64,000 bases of DNA from an uncultured candidate division Zixibacteria bacterium (GTDB lineage Bacteria; Zixibacteria; MSB-5A5; GN15; FEB-12). Shown piece by piece: positions 19,732 to 29,253 of this stretch (position 1 is its first letter; each line of letters opens with the position of its first letter). Where the stretch lies: the NCBI GenBank assembly GCA_963735035.1, contig CAVTJJ010000006.1:639700-703699 (forward strand). Direction: 5' to 3'. The translations under genes and the position numbers were made by a program. The notes under the pieces are model-generated. The model ran no database searches. It was not told where the DNA came from and was given only the letters and a program-made list of their open reading frames with translations.

Positions 19732-20532
19732 ATGCCTGGTGTCATAGTAACGGCCTCCGATCCGGCCTGGATCGATGTTTCCCGGTTGCCGGTTTTGATC
19801 GGGACGGTTCTGGCGGTCGTCATAGTTCTTTATACCACTTATTATCTCCAGGGACGCCGGACCTTCAAGATTCGCGAGATCGCCGGTCTCAAGGCGATTG
19901 AGGAAGCTATCGGCCGGGCCACTGAGATGAACCGCCCCCTGCTATTTACACCGGGGTGGGGGGGCGACATACAGCGACCCACGACATTAGCCTCTATGAA
20001 CATCCTTAGCCATGTCGCCGAAACCACGGCTCGCTACGACTGCCCGCTGGTCTATCCGACTCACGACCCGGTCATCATGTCTGTCGCGCAGGAGGTAATT
20101 CGCGAGAGTTACACCCGGGCGGGCTACCCGGATCGAGTCAGAATGGATCGAACGATGTATGTCTCGTCGTCCCAGTTCGGTTACGCAGCGGCGGTCGAGG
20201 GAATGATCAGCCGCATGCGGCCGGCGTCGGTCTTTCTGCTTGGGACTTTCGAAGCCGAATCTCTGATCCTGGCCGAGACCGGGAATTCGGTGGGTGCGAT
20301 ACAAATCGCCGGTACCGATTCGACTATCCAGCTGGCGTTTTTTATAGTTGCCTGCGATTACACCCTGATCGGTGAGGAGTTGTTTGCCGCCTCCGGATAT
20401 CTGTCAGGCGATCAATCAATAGTAGCCTCGGTAAGGGCGCAGGATATTCTCAAAATGGCCATCGCCGCCATCCTGATCATCGCGACCGTCTGGGTCACGG
20501 CTGAACCTGCCTCAACCTGGTGGAATTTCTAA
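19732..20532 (+). CDS. DUF6754-type membrane protein, function unknown
   Basis: IREIAGLKAIEEAIGRATEM.RP, QFGYAA, GAIQIAG and FFIVACDYTLIGEELFAASGYLS match my recollection of DUF6754; TM-soluble domain-TM layout. Confidence 0.8.
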   Translation: MPGVIVTASDPAWIDVSRLPVLIGTVLAVVIVLYTTYYLQGRRTFKIREIAGLKAIEEAIGRATEMNRPLLFTPGWGGDIQRPTTLASMNILSHVAETTARYDCPLVYPTHDPVIMSVAQEVIRESYTRAGYPDRVRMDRTMYVSSSQFGYAAAVEGMISRMRPASVFLLGTFEAESLILAETGNSVGAIQIAGTDSTIQLAFFIVACDYTLIGEELFAASGYLSGDQSIVASVRAQDILKMAIAAILIIATVWVTAEPASTWWNF

Positions 20533-21155
20533 TGGGGCGGAAACTGCCTCAAATCGTCTGCGGTTTCTTTGGGATTGCTCTGCTGGTCCTGTACTTTTCG
20601 AGCCATCCGACAGCGCGCGCAATCAATCTCGCCGTAATCGAGGACTACTATCAAATCATTTTCGCTTTCACACTGCTGGTCGGGGTGGCCAGTTTTGTCA
20701 AAGTAAACGCCCAGGCCGTTGAACGAGGGGAAGAGCGCCCCTACCGGATAGTCGCGCTGGCCGGTCTGGTAGCAATGCCGACAGTCGCCCTGATCTGGGG
20801 TATCAAAGGTGACTCTCCGTTTATGTGGCTATTTGATAATGTCCAGGTGCCGCTTCAGGCAACAGTCTTCGCACTCCTGGCTTTCTTTGTGGCCTCGGCT
20901 TCTTTCCGGGGATTTCGCGCTCGTTCTACTGCGGCCGGCGTTCTGTTGGTGGCGGCCGTCCTGACACTCCTGAGTCGCTCCGATCTCGGAATTTTCGGTT
21001 CAGACTATGTTACACCCGTGGCCGATTGGCTGCGGAATAACCCGTCGATGGCGGCCCGCCGGGCCATTCTGATAGGCATCGGTCTGGGGTCACTGACAAC
21101 CTCCTTGAGAGTAATTCTGGGCATTGAGCGAACGTGGCAGGGAGGCGGAAGATGA
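20532..21155 (+). CDS. Hypothetical multi-TM membrane protein (DUF6754 operon gene 2)
   Basis: About six TM segments; PLQATVFALLAFFVASASFRGFRARS, AARRAILIG, LRVILGIER; TAATG overlap. Confidence 0.8.
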   Translation: MGRKLPQIVCGFFGIALLVLYFSSHPTARAINLAVIEDYYQIIFAFTLLVGVASFVKVNAQAVERGEERPYRIVALAGLVAMPTVALIWGIKGDSPFMWLFDNVQVPLQATVFALLAFFVASASFRGFRARSTAAGVLLVAAVLTLLSRSDLGIFGSDYVTPVADWLRNNPSMAARRAILIGIGLGSLTTSLRVILGIERTWQGGGR

Positions 21156-21961
21156 ACCTCGACAGCCGCCACTATTGCTTTCTCGGTCTAGGGATTGTGG
21201 TCGTGGTCGCGATGCTGCTTAACGTGCAACCGGTGCAGCAGATATCCGACGAAACCCAGCGCATGTTCAACTATATCGATTCGCTTCCTGAAGGCTCGAC
21301 CCTCATTGTCTCGTTCGATCACGAAGCGTCGGCCCTGCCGGAAATTCGTCCTCTCGCGCTGGCTTTCTTGCGTCAGGCGTTTGCCCGCAATCACCGCCTG
21401 ATAGGAATTGCCCTGTTGGCGGAAGGCACTGGTATCGGCTACGGTCTGATGCACCAGGTGGCGGGCGAACATGGGAGGGAATACGGTCGCGATTATGTCT
21501 ATTTGGGCTTCGCCCCACAGTATATAGCGGCGATCCTCTCCATGGGAGAATCGATCAAGCACACCTTTCCGCAAGACTACACCGGGCGGCCCTGGGATAG
21601 TCTTCCCATGTTGCGAAACATCACCAACTACGCCGACGTCGCGGGCGTGGTTTCGATCACCGACGGTTCCATGGTGATGCACTGGGTGGAGTACGGACAC
21701 GGTCGTTTCGGGGTAACTATTTCGGCATTTGTCGCCGCGGCAATGGCAACGACCTACGATCCATATCTGGCTTCAGGTCAGATGCGGGCGATGGTCAGCG
21801 GACTTCGCGGCGCCGCCGAGTACGAGCAGTTGATCGGCATCGGCGGTTCCGGAGCGCGGGGGATGCTGGCTCAATCCGCGATGCATCTGTATGTTATCGC
21901 CCTGATCGTGATCGGCAACGTGATCTATTTCAAGAGACGGCGGCAGGGAAGGGGAGCCTGA
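21152..21961 (+). CDS. Hypothetical membrane-anchored protein (DUF6754 operon gene 3)
   Basis: TM, alpha/beta domain (IDSLPEGS.LIVSFD, YGRDYVYLG, PYLASGQ...GLRGAAEYE), TM; ATGA overlap. Confidence 0.8.
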   Translation: MNLDSRHYCFLGLGIVVVVAMLLNVQPVQQISDETQRMFNYIDSLPEGSTLIVSFDHEASALPEIRPLALAFLRQAFARNHRLIGIALLAEGTGIGYGLMHQVAGEHGREYGRDYVYLGFAPQYIAAILSMGESIKHTFPQDYTGRPWDSLPMLRNITNYADVAGVVSITDGSMVMHWVEYGHGRFGVTISAFVAAAMATTYDPYLASGQMRAMVSGLRGAAEYEQLIGIGGSGARGMLAQSAMHLYVIALIVIGNVIYFKRRRQGRGA

Positions 21962-22572
21962 TGGACCTGACTACGGTTCTGGGGGCGATTCTCACTCTGG
22001 CGGTGCTATCTTTCCTGTACCGCGATAATCCGTTCTACAAAGTAGCGGAGTCGTTACTTATCGGACTCTCTATCGGCTACGTGCTGGTAATGACCTGGAC
22101 TAACACGCTGATGGCGCGATTAATCGTACCGCTGTTCGAAGATGCCCGACTGGCGTTGATTATTCCGTTCGCGCTCGGGCTGCTGATGTTCGGTCGGTTC
22201 CACTCCAGGACCGCTATCTGGTCGCGAATTCCGATTGGACTGCTAATCGGTTCCGGCGCCGGTGTAGCCATTCCGGCGATGCTTGGTGCCCGAACCATGA
22301 CCCAAATGTCATCGACAGTTCAGCCGCTTTGGGGCGAGGGCGTATTCAACTTCTCAGCGGTTGTCGTCCTGTGCGGCGTGCTCTGTACGCTCGCCTATTT
22401 CTACTTCACTCGGGAACACCGGGGGGCGTTTGGTCGGGTGGCCAGGACCGGCACCTGGTTTCTGATGATCTTCTTTGGCACCACTTTTGGCTACACGGTT
22501 ATGTCAAGAATGTCCACTTTGATCGGCCGGGTGGAGTTCCTTCTGGGCGACCTTTTACACCTCCTGCGATAA
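21961..22572 (+). CDS. Hypothetical multi-TM membrane protein (DUF6754 operon gene 4)
   Basis: SFLYRDNPFYKVAE, YFYFTREH and FLMIFFGTTFGYTVMSR; about six TM segments; TGATG overlap. Confidence 0.8.
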   Translation: MDLTTVLGAILTLAVLSFLYRDNPFYKVAESLLIGLSIGYVLVMTWTNTLMARLIVPLFEDARLALIIPFALGLLMFGRFHSRTAIWSRIPIGLLIGSGAGVAIPAMLGARTMTQMSSTVQPLWGEGVFNFSAVVVLCGVLCTLAYFYFTREHRGAFGRVARTGTWFLMIFFGTTFGYTVMSRMSTLIGRVEFLLGDLLHLLR

Positions 22573-22575
22573 ACT

Positions 22576-22704
22576 ATGGCCCTGATTTGCCCCAAGTGCC
22601 GTTGCGCGATGAAAGAGCAGAAGCGGGTCTTTCATAAACGCCGCAAATGGATTTGTCCCCGTTGCGGCCGCGTCCGATTTCAAGTACCTACGAAACCACG
22701 GTAG
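22576..22704 (+). CDS. 42-aa basic zinc-ribbon microprotein (below ORF-track cutoff)
   Basis: MALICPKCRCAMKEQKRVFHKRRKWICPRCGRVRFQVPTKPR; two CPxC knuckles; ATG 3 nt after the previous stop. Confidence 0.7.
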   Translation: MALICPKCRCAMKEQKRVFHKRRKWICPRCGRVRFQVPTKPR

Positions 22705-22850
22705 CCTGAAACTCTCCGGCGCAATTTTCCGTACTATACCTCGAATTTCGGTACTAAGCTCAAGTAGTAACTTCGATGAACAACTGGGGGCTTTTGCCCT
22801 GTTTTTAGGCTGGGAGTCGCGTGAAAATCCGGTTCCGGCCCCGATTTTGG

Positions 22851-22878
22851 TTGACGCTACTCGCTTGTTTAGTAAACT
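22851..22878 (+). promoter_or_regulatory. Putative sigma70 promoter of the ABC-2 operon
   Basis: TTGACG-N16-TAAACT upstream of AGGAG RBS. Confidence 0.45.
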
Positions 22879-22903
22879 ACTCAACTTATATGCAGGAGTG
22901 CCA

Positions 22904-23833
22904 ATGCATTTGAAGCTGGAAAATATCAGCAAGCAGTACGACGGCAAAATAGCCGTGGAAGACCTCTGCCTGGAAGTCCCGAAAGGGGTTATCTACGGCA
23001 TGATCGGTCCCAACGGCGCCGGTAAGACCACGACCATCAGAATGGTCATGGATATCGTCCCGCCCGACTCGGGACGGGTCCTCATTGAGGGGCGCGAAGC
23101 CGACGGCCCGGCTCGCGACCGAATCGGCTACTTGCCCGAAGAGCGGGGCCTCTACAAGAAATTCACCCTCCGTGAAGTCATCACTTATCTGGCCGAACTA
23201 AAGGGATGCCCCAAAGCGGAAATCAGTCGGCGCATCGGTCCCTGGCTGGAACGCATGAATCTCAAGGAATATGAACTGAAGAAGGTAGAAGAGCTGTCCA
23301 AGGGGATGGCCCAGAAACTCCAGTTCATCACCACTGTTCTGCACGAACCCGACATTGTCATACTTGACGAAATCTTCTCCGGCCTCGATCCGATCAACAT
23401 CGAAGTCGTGAAAGATGTCTTGCTGGAGCTGAAGCGTAAAGGCACGACCATCCTGTTTTCGACACACGTCATGGAGCAGGCCGAGAAGTTGTGTGACCAC
23501 ATTTGCATGATCTCGCGCGGGCACAAGGTTCTCGACGGCCGCATCGGCGATATCAAGACACGATTCGGACGTAATTCGGTACAGATGTCATTTGAAGGTG
23601 ATGGCCACTTTATAAAGACCCTCCCGGGTGTCAAAGAGGTTAGGGAGTTCAACACTTACGTGGAACTTCAACTGACCGGCGAAGTGCCGCCTCACGAACT
23701 ACTGAAAGCCGCGGTAGAGCGGCTCAAGGTGAGCCGGTTCGAAGTCATGGCGCCGTCGCTGTACGACATCTTCATTGAGCAGGCCAAGGTCGATCCGGCT
23801 GAGCTCAATCAGAAGGGAGAACACCATGCGTAA
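22904..23833 (+). CDS. ABC-2 type ATP-binding protein (NatA/YhaQ-like)
   Basis: GPNGAGKTT, IGYLPEERGLY, LSKGM, ILDE, STH; AGGAG RBS. Confidence 0.92.
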   Translation: MHLKLENISKQYDGKIAVEDLCLEVPKGVIYGMIGPNGAGKTTTIRMVMDIVPPDSGRVLIEGREADGPARDRIGYLPEERGLYKKFTLREVITYLAELKGCPKAEISRRIGPWLERMNLKEYELKKVEELSKGMAQKLQFITTVLHEPDIVILDEIFSGLDPINIEVVKDVLLELKRKGTTILFSTHVMEQAEKLCDHICMISRGHKVLDGRIGDIKTRFGRNSVQMSFEGDGHFIKTLPGVKEVREFNTYVELQLTGEVPPHELLKAAVERLKVSRFEVMAPSLYDIFIEQAKVDPAELNQKGEHHA

Positions 23834-25148
23834 ATTCTGGGTGATTCTCCAGCGCGAGTACGCACAGCTCGTACACAAGAAGTCGTTCTTGTTTACCACA
23901 CTCCTGACACCCGTACTCATGGTCGTTATGATGTTCCTGCCTGCGTTCCTGATGCAGAAGGGTTCGAATACCACCGAAGTGTACTCGGTCATCGATCTGG
24001 ACGGCCATGGCCTCGGTCGCGAACTCACGAACGGCGTTGCAAGCTACAAGCTTAGCGATACCTCCAAAGCGGCGTTTCGGCTCGACCGCCTGGAAGAGAT
24101 TCCCGCGTCAGATACGGCTCGGTTTGGCGAAACCTACCGCCACCTGGTGCAGTGCATCCGGGACAGCGGCCTTACTTATCTCTTCGTGATCAAGCCGAAT
24201 GCGTACCTTGCGGATTCCAACCTGCTGCTGGTGACGAACTCGGACAATATTCGCGCTATAGGCCGGTTTGAATCTCAACTCGGCCAGGTGCTGTCGCGCC
24301 GACGAGTCGAAGTCAGTGGGATCAACATTCCCATCGATTCGATCATGGCGCTCACTCGGAGCGTAGACCTGCCCCGTCAGGACACGAAGGGTGAATCGGT
24401 CAGCCCTGAGATCAAGTTCATGTTCGGCATGGTCCTGATGATGTTGATCTATATGCTAATTTTGATCAACGGACAATGGATGATGCAGGCGGTGATCGAG
24501 GAGAAGTCGGCGCGAATCATGGAAGTGTTGGTTTCTTCGGCTACGCCATTCCAAATTATGGCCGGCAAGATTTTCGGAAGCGGCCTGGCCGCTCTCACCC
24601 AGGTAGCTATCTGGATCGCCGGCGGCGCGGCCATGATGGCATTCGCATCGTCGACCGGAACCCAGATCGATCCGTCGATCACAAAGGTCGTGTTCAATCC
24701 GGCTACGATCATCTGTTTCGCCGCTTTCCTTGTCCTGGGCTACCTGCTGTTCTCGACTATCTTCGCCTTTGTCGGCTCCCTGGTTAACAGCACCAAAGAT
24801 GCTCAGCCTCTGATGATGCCGATTATTGTAGTCTTCTTCATTCCGGGTATGATGATCGGCATGGCAGCGTTGCAGATGCCCGACGAGGGATGGATTCGAA
24901 TAGTGTCGTTCATCCCGACTTACGCACCTCTGGTGATGATGATAAGAGTGGCGATACTGGCGCCCAGTTTTGAGGGCAATCCGCTGCTGTCACCCATCAT
25001 GCTGGAAGCTGTCATTAGCATGATCGGCATCGTGATAGCATTGGTAGGGGCGGTATGGGTTACGGGACGCGTGTTCCGGATAGGGATTCTCATGTACGGC
25101 AAGCGACCGACGCTACCGGAAATCATGCGCTGGATAAGGCACAGTTAA
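23826..25148 (+). CDS. ABC-2 type permease (NatB/YhaP-like)
   Basis: VIEEKSARIMEVLVSS, IMAGKIFG and FRIGILMYGK motifs. Confidence 0.9.
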   Translation: MRKFWVILQREYAQLVHKKSFLFTTLLTPVLMVVMMFLPAFLMQKGSNTTEVYSVIDLDGHGLGRELTNGVASYKLSDTSKAAFRLDRLEEIPASDTARFGETYRHLVQCIRDSGLTYLFVIKPNAYLADSNLLLVTNSDNIRAIGRFESQLGQVLSRRRVEVSGINIPIDSIMALTRSVDLPRQDTKGESVSPEIKFMFGMVLMMLIYMLILINGQWMMQAVIEEKSARIMEVLVSSATPFQIMAGKIFGSGLAALTQVAIWIAGGAAMMAFASSTGTQIDPSITKVVFNPATIICFAAFLVLGYLLFSTIFAFVGSLVNSTKDAQPLMMPIIVVFFIPGMMIGMAALQMPDEGWIRIVSFIPTYAPLVMMIRVAILAPSFEGNPLLSPIMLEAVISMIGIVIALVGAVWVTGRVFRIGILMYGKRPTLPEIMRWIRHS

Positions 25149-25156
25149 GGATTGTC

Positions 25157-26071
25157 ATGCTGTCTTTTCGAGACATGCGAAATCGTTACGGCAAATTAGT
25201 GTTGCTGTTGGCCGGGTTGGTATTCTTCTCGGCCAACGGTCTCTACTTCCTGGAGATATCCACCAATGAGGTTCAGGCCGCCGGCGAGAAGACCCTGGCC
25301 TTCGATTTCGAAAACCTTCCCAGCACTCCACGTCTCAACATAAGCGCCCAATCGGCGCTGCTAGTGAATTACGACAACGGCCAGGTGCTTTACGCCAAAA
25401 ACGTAGACGCCCCCAGACCGATCGCCTCGATTACCAAGCTGGTAACGGCTATGGTGGTACTGGATAAGAAAGTTGATCTGGCGACATCGGCAACGATCAG
25501 TGAGGAAGACGCCCGCAATTCGTCACGCTCGCGTCTGAGAACCGGTTACAAGCTAAGTGTGCAGGATCTGCTTTACGCCGCCCTGCTCAATTCTGATAAC
25601 CGGGCGGCGCGAGCCCTGGCACGAACTACTAGCGGCACATATGAGGCTTTCGCCGAAGAAATGAACGCGAAGGTGAAGAAGCTCGGCTTGAAAAACACGA
25701 TCTTCTTCGAACCGTCCGGGCTGGACTCGCGAAACGTCTCGACCGCTCAGGAAGTAGCCAAGATTTTGCACTATGCCTACGACTACCCGTTGATCAGGGT
25801 AATCACATCCCAGAAGACCTGGCGGTGCCGACTGCTGAACCGCAAGAATAAGTATGTCCAGATGGCCAACACCAACATGATCATCAATTCAAAATACCGG
25901 GTGTTGAGCGGCAAGACGGGTCACATAAATGAATCGGGCTACTGTCTGACCACGCTCGTGCAAAATGGAAAAGGGGAGAGGTTGACCTGTGTGGTGCTTG
26001 GGGTTCCCGGCGACCACCTTCGCTTCAAAGAGGCCCGCCGTCTGGTTGACTGGGGCTTTGGACGGCGATAA
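25157..26071 (+). CDS. Peptidase S11 D-Ala-D-Ala endo/carboxypeptidase (PbpG-like)
   Basis: SITK, SDN and KTG motifs; signal peptide; start uncertain (25157 or 25175). Confidence 0.88.
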   Translation: MLSFRDMRNRYGKLVLLLAGLVFFSANGLYFLEISTNEVQAAGEKTLAFDFENLPSTPRLNISAQSALLVNYDNGQVLYAKNVDAPRPIASITKLVTAMVVLDKKVDLATSATISEEDARNSSRSRLRTGYKLSVQDLLYAALLNSDNRAARALARTTSGTYEAFAEEMNAKVKKLGLKNTIFFEPSGLDSRNVSTAQEVAKILHYAYDYPLIRVITSQKTWRCRLLNRKNKYVQMANTNMIINSKYRVLSGKTGHINESGYCLTTLVQNGKGERLTCVVLGVPGDHLRFKEARRLVDWGFGRR

Positions 26072-26077
26072 GAATCT

Positions 26078-27565
26078 TCAGGGTGTGGGGACGCCGCCCA
26101 ATTCGGCCGCTTTTTTGGCGGCATCTCTTCTGACCAACGCGTAGTTCACCGAATTGATCTGATATGCTTGCGCCAGATCGCGGTACGTGTCTGCCGCTTT
26201 AGTGAGCTCACCTTTGCCCTCGTAGGTTTTCGCGAGAAAGTACCTCGTGAAAGGCTCATTGGGGTCGGCCTGTTCCAATTCCGCAATCGCCCGGTCGAAA
26301 TCCTTTTCGCCCACGGAAATCATGCCCATTATCAAATATGCGTTGCGTATCCGCGCGGCATTGGTGGCGGGTTCGACCTCGGACAGAAAGGCATCGGTCT
26401 TCTGACGAGCCTCGGCGAAATTTCCCTGCCAGAGCAGAGTCACGGCCTGCCAGAGATAGGCATCCAGATGGGCATTCTTCTTTATCCGAGCGAACAACTG
26501 CGAGTTGTCAACTATCTCCAACGATTGAGCGAGACGGCTTTCCAACTCCTGAAATCTACCAAGACGCGTCAGAACCGGAACCATTTGAGCCAGGTCATTC
26601 GCCGCGGTAGCCGGATCTGGAACAGACGAATCAAATTGGAAAAGCTCATCGAGCTTGCCCAGCCCCTGTTCCAAATTGCCTTCATCGATGTAGCTTACGG
26701 CCGTTCCCAAGATGGCGGCGCGTCGCTGACCACTGTCGACGGCGGAATCGTACAGGATTTGAAGTTCCCGGCGGGCGTCATCGTAGCGACCCAGATAGAC
26801 CAGGTTGGATGCGATCCCGATCCGGGAGGCACCAAAGTCCCGGTCCTGCTTAAGGGCCAGACGATACTGCTCGATCGCCTTGTCGAACTGGCCTTCGTGC
26901 ATCAACAACTCGGCATAGGAATCGTAAGGGTTGGGATCATTGGGAGTCAGCCTGATGTATTCCTGAAACGCTCTGCCGGCTGCCTCATTATTGTTCAGAA
27001 AGCGATACGAATAACCCAGGATGTTGTACGGCGGCGGGTAGTTGGGAACTATCTTAACAACGCGTTCGCATACCGTGACGGCTGAGTCAAATTGCTGCTG
27101 GGCGAAATACTGTGAGGCCAGGAACATGAGCACGCACTCATCACGAGGATAGAGTCCGGCCAGTTTCAAGAGTAGTTCCTTCTGCTTGTTCGGCTCGCCG
27201 TTACCGCCGGCCAGCATGGCGTCAATCAGGAGGCGCTCACCCTCCGACGCTTTCAAGGCGAGTTTACTGGCCGTTTGAATGTTATCGAAGAAACCCTTGG
27301 CGCTGGGATTCGAGAGCGCCAGGTAGAGATAGGCCTGGGCAAATTCGGGATCCAGTTTGGCCGCTCGTTCAAAATGTCTTTGAGCTTCATGGAAGCGGAT
27401 ATTATTGAACATCTGAACGCCGGTTTCAAATTCCCGCCGGGCCTCATCCGAAGACGTCGTTATCTCGAGCTTGTCGTTGCGCGTACCACTGCAGCCCCAG
27501 AGGCCGGTGACGGCTATCAATCCGATGAAAAGTATCGCTACAAATCTATTGGGAGCTGTTCTCAT
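26078..27565 (-). CDS. TPR lipoprotein
   Basis: Lipobox LWGC; ITTSSDEA; multiple TPR units. Confidence 0.85.
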   Translation of the reverse strand: MRTAPNRFVAILFIGLIAVTGLWGCSGTRNDKLEITTSSDEARREFETGVQMFNNIRFHEAQRHFERAAKLDPEFAQAYLYLALSNPSAKGFFDNIQTASKLALKASEGERLLIDAMLAGGNGEPNKQKELLLKLAGLYPRDECVLMFLASQYFAQQQFDSAVTVCERVVKIVPNYPPPYNILGYSYRFLNNNEAAGRAFQEYIRLTPNDPNPYDSYAELLMHEGQFDKAIEQYRLALKQDRDFGASRIGIASNLVYLGRYDDARRELQILYDSAVDSGQRRAAILGTAVSYIDEGNLEQGLGKLDELFQFDSSVPDPATAANDLAQMVPVLTRLGRFQELESRLAQSLEIVDNSQLFARIKKNAHLDAYLWQAVTLLWQGNFAEARQKTDAFLSEVEPATNAARIRNAYLIMGMISVGEKDFDRAIAELEQADPNEPFTRYFLAKTYEGKGELTKAADTYRDLAQAYQINSVNYALVRRDAAKKAAELGGVPTP

Positions 27566-27708
27566 GATCTGTCCTCACACGAGTAGAGGGCGGCAGACTT
27601 GTCGCACCGGGCCGAAGTCACAACAGCCTACGCCACATGTCCACAAGATGTCTAACGTCTAAGAAAGCAATCAGGCCTGTTGAAACAAGCGATTTATCAG
27701 GGAGCGGC

Positions 27709-29253
27709 TTACAGGTCACCGGCCAGAGGCTTGCGTGCAGACTGACCTCGTCCCGGCTCACGAAGAAGCACCAGCATGGCGCTAACCTTGTCGCGGGTCC
27801 GGCGCTGAACGAGAGCGTGAAAGAGCGGATCGTACTGATCGTAGTCCAAGGCCTGACCGTAGTATTTCAGAGCCTGCGTATAGTTTCCCGACATTTCGTA
27901 GGCCCGTGCCATGTAATACTCACTGCAGGTCCGGGTAAAGTCGGTCTGAGAAAGCTGCCTGATAGCCTCCTGGGGCCGACCGGCAGCCAACTCAACCAAT
28001 CCACTGGTTTCGTGAGCCAACTGCATTAGGGCGGGATCATCGGATTGTGCGGCCAACTCTACAAACCTGTCGGCGCAAGCCGAGGCCGATTCGATATTGC
28101 CACGGACCAGCCACACCAAAACCATACGTTGCTGATGCTCTAATTCAGCCGTCTGGGCAGCTCCCTCGGGCAGAGACGCGGCGTTGGACTGAATCACCTG
28201 AAGAGATTGTATAAATGCCTGAGCCGCCTCGTCCGGCTGACCGACTTCCAGGCGAATTTTTCCCAGACAGTCGAGGTCGGCCGCGAAAGAGACCGGATCG
28301 CCGTCTTCCCGCGCAAGTTTGGCCGCATTATTGAACTGCCTGGCGGCTTCTTTCAGGTTTCCTTCGAACACGTAGGAAATAGCCAAACCTACCAGAGCGC
28401 GGTGACGATCATCAGGTACCGTAGCGCTGTCAAGGAGATAGTTGAGTTGATCACGAGCTTTAGCGAACTCGCCTAACATATTGTAGTTAGTGGCGATACC
28501 GAGATGCGATGCCGGAAACCCGGGATTGATATCGAGCGCCCTTCGATAGAACGAAATCGCCTCGGCATGGCGATTCATCTCGGTCAGCAAATCGGCATAG
28601 GAATCATAAGGATTAGGGTCATCGGGGTTAAGGCCGAGATACTTCAGGAAGTAGCGTTCAGCGCTCGGTATATTTCCCTGATAACGATAGCTGTATCCCA
28701 ACCCATTGTAGGGCTCGCTGAAGGTAGAATCCAGCTGGTTCGCGATTAGATACTGCTCAATCGCCGCGGCCCAGTCTTTTTGCAAATAGAAGTAATTGCC
28801 TAAGTCGTTGTGGGTTCTGGGGTCATTTGGGTACTTCTCAACGAGTTCTCGAAGCAACCAGCCGGCCGGGGCGACGTGTCGGCTTTGTAGTGCATCCGTG
28901 GCCGCGATTTCAAGCCTTTCGCCCTCAGACACCGTGTTCGTCAAGGCGAGAGCATGCGCTATCGCATCCGTACGATCCGCGGAATTTGTCAATAGACGGG
29001 AGATCTGCAGGTAGGCCATAGCAAACGAGCTGTCAAGCTCGATAGCCCTTTCGAACTTGGCCAGAGCTTCATCACGGCGATGTCGCTCGGCCAAGCCCCG
29101 CCCTTGAAGATACAAATCGCGAACGGCTTCGGAGCTGGTAGTGATGGGGACCAGGGTTGGGGAATGACGTCCACCAGAATAATGGAAGCTGGCAAATGCC
29201 GCGATTCCGACTAATACGGCTGCAACTAAGTACTGGAGCACTTTGGTAAACAT
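27709..29253 (-). CDS. Exported TPR protein, paralog of adjacent gene
   Basis: N-terminal hydrophobic segment; ITTSSEA, GERL, PYNGLGYSYR and NPYDSYA shared with 26078-27565. Confidence 0.85.
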   Translation of the reverse strand: MFTKVLQYLVAAVLVGIAAFASFHYSGGRHSPTLVPITTSSEAVRDLYLQGRGLAERHRRDEALAKFERAIELDSSFAMAYLQISRLLTNSADRTDAIAHALALTNTVSEGERLEIAATDALQSRHVAPAGWLLRELVEKYPNDPRTHNDLGNYFYLQKDWAAAIEQYLIANQLDSTFSEPYNGLGYSYRYQGNIPSAERYFLKYLGLNPDDPNPYDSYADLLTEMNRHAEAISFYRRALDINPGFPASHLGIATNYNMLGEFAKARDQLNYLLDSATVPDDRHRALVGLAISYVFEGNLKEAARQFNNAAKLAREDGDPVSFAADLDCLGKIRLEVGQPDEAAQAFIQSLQVIQSNAASLPEGAAQTAELEHQQRMVLVWLVRGNIESASACADRFVELAAQSDDPALMQLAHETSGLVELAAGRPQEAIRQLSQTDFTRTCSEYYMARAYEMSGNYTQALKYYGQALDYDQYDPLFHALVQRRTRDKVSAMLVLLREPGRGQSARKPLAGDL

